Below are positions 54,312 through 64,000 of a stretch of 64,000 nucleotides of DNA, piece after piece. How positions within the stretch are numbered: the stretch's first letter is position 1; each line of letters begins with the position of its first letter. Origin of the DNA: Eledone cirrhosa (lineage: Eukaryota); contig OZ024741.1 in the NCBI GenBank assembly GCA_964016885.1, positions 179,552,001 to 179,616,000 on the forward strand. Direction: 5' to 3'. A program made the position numbers and the translations under genes. Under the pieces are notes generated by a model, which had not been told where the DNA came from, searched no databases, and was given only the letters and a program-made list of their open reading frames with translations.

Positions 54312-54916
54312 ATGGTGGCTGCCAACTCGTTTTCGAGTACGGCCACTACTTTATATCCATGTAGAACTCCTACCGATGCGCTGAACGAATGTGACTTTAG
54401 TCCAGCCAGCCACTTGAAAACTCTGGTACAAACACTACACCTGTGACAATTATTGACACATAGTGCTAGGCCCATGGTACCATGTGACAAGTGCAGAGAG
54501 ATCTCCAGATATAAAGCAATGCCTGTGCCATGAAGCTTTTATAGTGAGCAAAGGCACTGCACAAAGCCAGTCCCACTCTCTTAACCAAGATGATATTTAC
54601 CAAAAAGAAGAACAAGTCAACATCATTGGATACCATCAGGGTTGCAGGTGTTATATCAGAGTTTTCCTTCTCCTAGAATTCTGCCTTGACAAAGGCTAAG
54701 GGGGTCATCTCTCCCGGTGATTTTGGATGGCCATTGACTCTTAAGAGCTCCTTTGCCCTTTGACAGGTTTTGTTTTTAGTCCTGCAGGATGTCCAAAGTC
54801 ACCCTCCTCACCAAGAAACCTTGGTGGGGGTTGCCAGTTTAGTCGCCAACGACCCGACCATGGGACAGGTTGTACTGGAATACATGTTACCAGTAGCACC
54901 AAGTGGTGACTTGACA
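54312..54916 (-). mobile_element. Short non-coding element with RTE-like 5' UTR and structured 3' end
   Basis: Minus strand CTAGGAGAAGGAAAACTCTGA (RTE 5'UTR-like); 3' 100 bp duplicated at 54992-55095; bounded by TA/CA repeats. Confidence 0.55.
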
Positions 54917-57669
54917 TATATATATACATACATATATATACACATACACATATACATACACATATACATACATATATACATATATACATATATGGTGGCT
55001 GCCAACTCGTTTTCGAGTACGGCCACTACTTTATATCCATGTAGGAGAACCCCTACCGATGCGCTGAACGAGTGTGACTTTTTAGTCCAGCCAGCGATAT
55101 ACACACACACACACACATATATATATATTGTTCTTAGCAAATTACATCAACAACATGACGTATATCATCTGCATATTGTCTGTACTATTTGTTAGGATAC
55201 AATGTTGGGTTGTAATATAAGAATGTTTTATATAGTTTATGTTTACAAGCCAAAATTACCTCAGAATGTTTGTTTAAAATACATTCGTTTGGCGTAAAGG
55301 ATAGAATAAATACCAGACTTGAAAAGAAAAAAAACTACTGGAGTCGCTTTTAAAATGGTGCTGCAGTGTGGCCATAGTCTAATGACTGAAACCAGTAAAA
55401 AAATAATAGAAGAGCCTTATTTAAATTGATAAACAGAAATTGGGAATGTAATACAAAAACTGCTAAAGACCAAAATTCAAACTGGTCTTTGAATAAAAAA
55501 AAAACCTAGTAAAACACAACTAGTGGCCTTCACCACTCAGAAATATTTCAATAAGTTCTTTGTTATATGGGGTCAAGTGAAAGATAGTTGTTTTTCAAAA
55601 CATTTGTTTTATATTGCAGTGTTGGTGCTATAATAAATTGCACCCAGTACACTCTATAAAGTATTGACAATCGAACTGTAGGGCTGAAAGGGTTCTTTAA
55701 CTCTTAACAGCCTGCACCACATGAAACCACATTAGCAAGAGATTAGTGAAAAGTACAAAACAGCACTATGACTGCATCATATTAAATATGAAAGTTTTTA
55801 GTTTACTGCAAATATTCGCAATAATCTGTCCACAAGTAAATATACTTATATATTTATTGTTAATTTGAATTAACAAAACAGTTTTTAGACAATTAATCAT
55901 TACATATTGTTAAATGAGGTAAAAAAATAGATAGTTGGTTCTTTGTTTTCATGACTACATTTGTTTCATATTGTAATACTAGTGCCATGATAAACTGCAC
56001 TCAGCACATGCCTAGTATTCTTGAGCAAAACACTTCATTTTATGCTGCTTCAGTCCACTCAGCTGAAAATGAGTACCAGCACCAGCTGGTGAGTGAACAA
56101 TGTAATGGGCTGGTGCCCCACCCAGGGTGGTATCTTGTACTTTCAGGTACTTAAAGCCAATGAGACTGGGATAATTTCCAGCCTTATAAAAGCCTTGGGG
56201 CTTGGGATATATTTTAATGTTGTAGGGCGAAGGCTCTTTAAGTCTTGTTAAGGATATAACAGCCTCTCTAGTATTAGTGCTATGATAAAATGAACACAGT
56301 ATACTCTATAAAGTGATAGATGATTGAATGGAGACATCTTAGGATAAAAAGAGCCCTTTAGCTTTGTTGAGGATATGACAGCCTCTCTTGCATTAGTGCT
56401 ATGATAAAAGGTACCCAGTATACTCTGTAAAGTGATTAGTGTTAGGAAGGACATACAGTTGTAGAAACCATAACAAAACAGAACATACTAGTGAGATGCA
56501 GCCTCCCCCAACCTTTTTAAGAGGGCAGTACTTCTGAATATGAAATGACTCAGATCATAACAACCCATCCAAACCATGTCAGCACACAAAACTAGAATTA
56601 ACTCATGAGGCATTGACCAGCTATAGTAGAAGACACTTGTCTAAGGTGACACACAGTGGAATCAAACCCAGAACCATATGGTTGCAAAGCAAACATCTTT
56701 ACTCCACAGCTATGATTGTATTTGAAATAAAATCCGCCCCACCCCTACAAAAAAAAAGCTATAAAATAAAACTTAAAAAAAAAAATAAAAAAAAAAAAGA
56801 TTGAATTGAAATTCCCATATTTGTTAATTTTCAAAGCTGTTCTGTCAAGTTGAAATAATTTGACAAAATGTTTGAATATCACAAAACCCCAGCTGTTATA
56901 AAATGTTATAATTTCTAAGATAACATTTAAAGACAGTAAAATATTAATAAGCTGTCTTTAAAAATACATTTTAATTGTGTTATGCAGTTAGTAGTTTTGC
57001 TTAGTGTGAAATGAAAAGAAAGAAGTGAGAGAAATGGGAAATTAATTTCAGAGTGAATTAGAAAAGGATTTTCTAACGACGAAAACAATTGGGAGAGTTA
57101 TTTTAACATTTATAACGAAGATTGAAATATCAGTTCAGTTTGATTAGCATATCAGTTGAGTTGCATAGCATCAGATTCCATCATTCCTTTTCAAGTAGTT
57201 TTGTATAGTGGCTGCATCATGTTAACTATACAATTCTTTGGAAAAGGCTTATAATATAAATCTCACGAAAACAAACACTTTTTGATAGATAGATGCATTT
57301 TAAAGGTATCTTTAAAAGGAAAAAGATGAACACATTTTCTAAAAGCACATGGAAAATTGGAATTGCTGTGCAATATGACAAAATGTTTTTCTTTTCATTT
57401 ATTTATTTGTTTATGCCATCAAAACTCTTCTTCGAAAATGGTTAAGGAAATTGTTAAAATTTAAATTACATGTTTGGCATCAGGAAAATCAGAGAATCAA
57501 GTTTTGTAACAAGTTTTGAAAATAAAGAATATATATATATTTTTTTAATTGTAGCAAAGCTTTAATATCTGAGGCAAATGGTGAATAGGATACTATGATT
57601 GTGTTATCCCCATAAAAATATATATCTGTATGTATATAAATATACATACACACACACAGATATGTGTAA

Positions 57670-57701
<32 letters not shown>

Positions 57702-58172
57702 GTGTAAATATATATATATACACACACACACATATATATACATATATATCATATACGCAGTCATACAATCATATAACCCTTCGTAAAATATAATGAACTG
57801 ACCTTATCAAAAAAGCCATATATCTATGGTATGCGAAGGCTTGTGCATATGTACATGAATGCATTGTGCTAGTGTGTATGAATGCATGTAGATGTGGATG
57901 TGCTATTATAAGTGTTACTACGCGTGAAGTTTAAATCAAATTCTGGGGGAAAAAATCTACGACTGAACAGAGAATCTAGATTTATATTCAACAAAGTACA
58001 ATGTATATTCAAAAAGCTATATAAAAGATAATTAAAAAAGTGGGATTCTGTTTTATACAGACTTTATGTCACACATTCACAGAATAATATATATATAAAT
58101 ATATATATATACATTATCATCATCATTATCATGTTCGTTTAACGTCCATCTTCCACGCTAGCATGGGTTAGA

Positions 58173-58580
58173 CTACATATACATACATATATACGTATAT
58201 ACACACATATATGTACATACATACATATATATACATATACATACATACATATATATATATATATAAATATACATACATATATATATATATGTATATGTAT
58301 CTATATGTATGTATATGTATATATATATGTATATGTGTGTGTGTATATATATGTATGTATGTATATGTGTGTGTATATATATATGTATGTATGTAAATGT
58401 GTGTGTGTATATATATATGTATGTATATTTATGTATATGTATATATATATATATATGTATGTATATATATATATAAATGTACGTATGTATATATATATAC
58501 ATGTATATGTATATACATATACATATATATATACATACGTACATACATACATATACATATATACATATAGATACATATAC

Positions 58581-58615
<35 letters not shown>

Positions 58616-58644
58616 TATACACATATACATATATATACACACAC

Positions 58645-58685
<41 letters not shown>

Positions 58686-58790
58686 TATATACATACATTA
58701 TACATATATATATATATATACATACATATTCACATACATATATATATACACATATATATATATATATAAACATACATATATATATACATA
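58173..58790. repeat. Compound TA/TG/CA microsatellite
   Basis: Directly visible. Confidence 0.95.
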
Positions 58791-59550
58791 CCTGCATACG
58801 AACAGCAATGTTACATGGCAGTGAGACCTGGGCATTCTGTGCAGAGGATCTATGCAGACTGGAGAGGAACGAAGCATGCATGCTCCGTTGGATGTGTAAT
58901 AGTAATATATGTGAACGGCAAAGCATAAATGAACTAAGTGAGAAATTAGGAATAAGAGGGATCAGATGCTGTTTACTCGAGAGAAGATTACGTTGGTATG
59001 GTCACGTGATGCGCATGAAAGACGACAGCTGTATAAAAAAGTGCCGGGCGATCAATATAGACGGTAGCCACGGAGTAGGCAGACTGGGACGACTTGATAA
59101 ATTCCGACCTCACACACTTACACTGCTCCAAGACAATGTCACTGGACCGAGATCTTTGGCGCTACGCAGTAATACAGAAGACCCGCCTTGCCTAAGTACA
59201 AAGCAAAACCTACAGTCAGTAGGCACCTCTTAACCAAAATACACACCACGTCCCGCTACCACCCTTTTCTCTGTAAAGTTATGTTGGTACCACAACATCC
59301 AGTCCTAAATAATGATGTCGTGCAGGTGTCACGACAAAAAAACACACAGTCCACGCTGTAATGTGGCCGTGCAGGTAACACAGTAAAAACCTCCCAGTCC
59401 ACACTGTAAACATGGTTGGTGTTAGCCGTAGAAAATCCGCCAGACAGTCCTAGCGAGCAAGATAACCAATCTTGCCTCAAGTGGGAAAATACCCGTCCAA
59501 ACCCATGCTAGCGTGGAAGATGGACGTTAAACGATGATGATGATGATGAT
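58790..59550 (+). mobile_element. 5'-truncated RTE LINE, same family as 281-2255
   Basis: [31 protein letters not shown]; shared 3' UTR and (GAT)n tail. Confidence 0.92.
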
Positions 59551-59827
59551 ATGTATGTTTGTATGCATATAAATATGCATACAAACATACATACATATAT
59601 ACACACACACATAGTAATAATAATAAATGTGAAGGCTAAAATCCGAAGAGGGCTCGATAAAGATTATATATATATATATATATATATATAATTATCATCA
59701 TCATCATTTAACGTCCATCTTCCTTGCAGTTAGACGGTTTTGTTCTATTTGATGCGGGAATGGTCAGGAGACCGGGTCTCACTCGTACGGAAGTATATAT
59801 ATACACATACACACACATATATATATT

Positions 59828-60169
59828 TCATCATCATCATTTTACGTCCACTTTTCCCTGCTTGCAAGGGTGGGATGGGAACTGATTCTGGCTTGATTTC
59901 TACAGCTGGATGCCCTTCCTAACACCAACCTCATTTACAGTGAGTGCTGGGTGCTTTTTTTCCGTGGCACCTCCACGACCACTTTGCAGTGGAATGATAG
60001 GGTCTGGGACCTCAGTCCCTATCATCTCATTTCTACAGCTGAGTAAACTGGAGCAATGTGAAATAAAGTGTCTTGCTCAAGGAAACAACACATCACCCGG
60101 TCTGAGAATTGAACTCACAACATTTCGATTGCAAGGCCAATGCTCTAACCACTAAGCCATGTGCCTCCA
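59828..60169 (-). mobile_element. tRNA-headed SINE with RTE-derived 3' end
   Basis: Near-identical to 2450-2773. Confidence 0.82.
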
Positions 60170-60507
<338 letters not shown>

Positions 60508-60629
60508 GGTGTATGGTTGCAAGAAAAATTGTGTCCGTAGGCGGTATGCCGGTTGAGCACTCAATGCTCGCGCAGAGCAGAGTATCATACTATACGAGTA
60601 AAGGAACAAAGATTCAGTGTTGTATCATA

Positions 60630-60731
60630 AACATATTACATATGTTTCATTATCGATCAGCTCGAGGAACGACCTATTATTGTATTATTGACCGAACCTG
60701 ACTCTGTAATCGAAAGTTCATCAGATATGTT
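60630..60731 (-). ncRNA. Type I hammerhead ribozyme motif (left arm, minus strand)
   Basis: AACATAT CTGATGA ACTTTCGAT...ATCGATAAT GAAAC-ATAT-GTA ATATGTT on the minus strand. Confidence 0.8.
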
Positions 60732-60792
60732 TCCTATGTGATCTCGTCTCCAGTTCTATGCCGCATAGAATCGGAGACGAGATCACATAGGA

Positions 60793-60886
60793 AACATATC
60801 TGAGGATCTTTCTATTACAGAGTCAGGTTCGATCAATAATAGGTCGTTCCTTGAGCTGATCGATAATGAAACATATGTAATATGTT
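60793..60886 (+). ncRNA. Type I hammerhead ribozyme motif (right arm)
   Basis: AACATAT CTGAGGA (60800-60806)...GAAAC-ATAT-GTA (60868-60879) ATATGTT; base of stem II mismatched. Confidence 0.75.
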
Positions 60887-61300
60887 ATTAAATATGTTAT
60901 GATGTAACACTGAATCCTTGTTCCTTTATTCTGATAGTAGATATATATACACACACACACATAAATATATATATATATATATGTGTGTGTGTGTAAGTGT
61001 GTGTGTATATATATCTACTATCAGAATAAAGGAACAAGGATTCCATGTTAATAGGTTGAACAATGAAAGTGTGGAATGAATGATGATAATATTATATTAA
61101 TATATAGACTAATTGATAGCAGTTATGTATTATGTAACTCCATAGATTTAGTTATAACAAAATACATGTCACTGTTTAACCTCAGAAACAATATATATAT
61201 ATATATGTATATATATATATCATTTTACATCCGCTTTTCCCTGCTTGCAAATATATATATATATATATATATTTGCAAGCAGGGAAAAGCGGATGTAAAA

Positions 61301-61363
<63 letters not shown>

Positions 61364-61911
61364 CATACATTTATATATATATCTAGAATGGGTAAAATTC
61401 TCAAGATGGTTCTTTTCAATGGCTGATAATTCCTTACTGGCGCCACCCATAAATGGGGCCCTAACAGACCTGGGAGTGATAACAACTGAGGGGTAACTCC
61501 ACATTCCCCAACAGCTCCTGAACTCTCGAACTGGAGCCTTGCCACAGGATGCAGTTTAATATCATACCCAGGACAGAATATATATATATATCTACATTGT
61601 TTACCTGATTTTCTTGACTATTATTTATAGTGACAAACCATTACTATGTTTATTTGAGTTGGGATATACACATTTAATATATATCATCATTATCATCATC
61701 ATCATCATCGTTTTTATGTCAGATTTTCCTTGCTGGCATGGGTTGGATGAGAACTTTTTAAGGCATTTCTCAATGGCCAGCTGTTATTCCTTAAAGCCAA
61801 CCTATACATTATTATTTTTAAGTGGGGTATATATTGCTGACATATTTTGAACTGCTAAACTGTAGGACTGTTTATGAGGGTCATAAAGAAATGGCACTGA
61901 ATACTAACAGA

Positions 61912-61916
61912 AGAGA

Positions 61917-61985
<69 letters not shown>
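61912..61985. repeat. (GA)n microsatellite
   Basis: Directly visible; others at 40437-40481 and 52333-52366. Confidence 0.95.
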
Positions 61986-61987
<2 letters not shown>

Positions 61988-63366
61988 GAGTTCTATGACA
62001 ACAACATACAACAGAACAAGGAAAAGGTCAATCTATACCATTAAATTAGTGTTACATAATTGTGTGGGTGTGTAGTTTAGCGTTCAGCTCACAATAGTAA
62101 AGCCATGTTAAATTCTTAGACTGGGTGGTGATTTGTGTCGTTGAGCAAAACACTATTTCATGTTACTCCAGTTTATAAGTTGGCAAAAGTGAACTGTACC
62201 TGTAATTGAAGGGGCCAGCAATGTCAGACATTGTGTCATGCTGAATCTCCCTGAGAACTACGCTAAGACTGCATAAGTCTGTGGAATGTAGATATGAAAC
62301 AAATGTATAAGTTGCTGAACATTTACATTAATTTCACATGTAGACAATTCTGTTGATCAAATCAATAGGGGTCAGAAACGATGGAGGTCCAATTACACAG
62401 TCCATAGTTATGAAGGTGTGTGGTTAAGTGTTTAGGGTATTTGGCTCACAGCCATGAGGTCATGAGTTTGGTCAATGTATAGGGTGGTGCTTTGTGTCTT
62501 TCAGCAAGACATTTGAAACTGCTCTAGTTTACTCAGCTGAATTCAGGGCAAATATCAATCTATCATCATCATTATCACTTTATATCCAGCATGTGTTCGA
62601 CAGGATGATTTGAGATAATGTTTTCCTGATGCCAACCCTTTTAGTCACCTCTTATGACATACAAGAATACAGTGTCTCTATTCTAAAGCACTGGTAAATC
62701 CTGGTAAAAATTCCAACCTAAGGACTATGTATTTAGATAAAGTCTGTCTATGACTAAGGACAGATCAGACTGGATCTTATCCTCTGGTTCTAGGATACAA
62801 GGCTGCTTATTTAAAAAACTTTCCATCATAATTTTATGTATGAACTTTTGTCAAGTTGTGATTCACACATCAGCTTAATAATGAGAAAATTAGATATATT
62901 ACTAAATCCCTACAAATTCTTGATTATTTTCAAAAAAATTTTAAAATCACAATCAGTGTCTTTCATTAAAAATCATCATCATTATTCTTATCAAGCTGGT
63001 GTTAGGATCATCACTTGATAAGAGTTTATACATAAAACTATGATAGAAAATGTTTAGATAAAAATAGAACCAGGGACAGTTTCAGGCAGTTTAGTATCAA
63101 AAGTATTAAGTCTTAAATCTTAAGACAACATCTGGTGATATAATGAAAATTAAATGACCAGAACAGAAATATAATTGTATGGCTTGAGAATCTTTTTACT
63201 GATATGAAAAAGACTAGAAACAGTTCAGATTTTGGATTTTGGAATATTTGTATACAGCATCTATAAAACGGGATTGCTTGGAGATGGAAGCCCAATATCC
63301 ATTTACAATTTATAATACAGTTTATACATATATGCTGAAGGTAGTTTTATATAAATTATATATGCC

Positions 63367-63570
63367 TTAACACTTTAGCATTTACATTACTCTTTATTTA
63401 CTATTGTCTTTTCACAGTAAAGTCTTTCTCACATAAATATCTTACATAATATCAAATCTATAAGACTTTGATATTATTTATTTTGAGAACAATACCTTAA
63501 CATAGGTATGAGCAGCCAGAGGTGAGATAATTCTGGCTGGATATGGCCGGTTTAAATGCTAAAAGGTTAA
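63367..63570 (+). mobile_element. TTAA-flanked MITE family B
   Basis: TTAA CACTTTAGCATTTA ... TAAATGCTAAAAGG TTAA; homologous to 35586-35811. Confidence 0.75.
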
Positions 63571-63610
63571 AGGTAGTGCTTTGTGAAATTCATGTCGACA
63601 TTATTAGAAA

Positions 63611-63806
63611 AGGGCGGTGGATTGGCAGTATCGGTAGAGGGTTGGGTGCCATGCTTTGCAGCATGGAGTTACGGCCCTTTACGGTCTGAGTTCAAATCCC
63701 ACCGAGGTTAACTTTGCATTTCATCCTTATGGGGTCAATAAAATAAAGCACCAGTAATGCATTGGATTAATTGCAGGCCTTGTGCCAAAAAGTAGAAACA
63801 ATTATT
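63611..63806 (+). mobile_element. Meta-like tRNA SINE
   Basis: GGGCGGTGGATTGGCAGTATCGGTAGAG...GTTCAAATCCC...GAAACAATTATTA. Confidence 0.88.
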
Positions 63807-64000
63807 AGAAAAACCTTTGGATTTTTGAATAACCTGCATTATGAAATTTGCTTCAAAACAATGTTTCTCAGAGATCCAAGTCATATTTCTCCCTTTTCAA
63901 TCCAAGATTTTGAATTGTCATCTAGAATTTTTTTTATTCAAGCACCATATTAACATGAGCGAGCTTTTCAAACCTCAATATTTGTATAGTCATAAACAAG

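Larger units (their letters stand above)
60508..60940. mobile_element. Foldback hammerhead element copy 3
   Basis: Inverted arms 60588-60939 (apex ~60762) plus a left extension homologous to 44551-44624. Confidence 0.8.

Overview
AT-rich, repeat-dominated eukaryotic (metazoan) DNA with no intact host protein-coding gene. The repeat repertoire resembles an invertebrate, probably cephalopod/octopus, genome; this is inference only. It includes RTE, CR1, Tx1/L1 and R4/Dong LINE fragments, tRNA-derived SINEs, Helitrons, TTAA and hAT MITEs and very long TA/CA microsatellites. A ~12.7 kb two-part 17-bp satellite occupies 17.87-30.54 kb. Almost all long ORFs in the track are artefacts of simple repeats. 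The most notable signal is a family of short non-coding elements in or beside TA/CA microsatellites (16.8-17.1, 44.55-45.0, 45.0-45.2 and 60.5-60.9 kb). Each carries a type I hammerhead ribozyme motif with an unusually long stem II containing shared sequence words. Three of the four sit in long foldback hairpins with a conserved one-sided extension, resembling Penelope-like pseudo-LTRs. Further minimal hammerheads (50.2 kb, possibly 37.2 and 45.3 kb) and a twister-like motif at the 5' end of a short RTE-derived element (54.8 kb, minus) are also visible. All structures were read by eye and need covariance-model and cleavage-assay confirmation.
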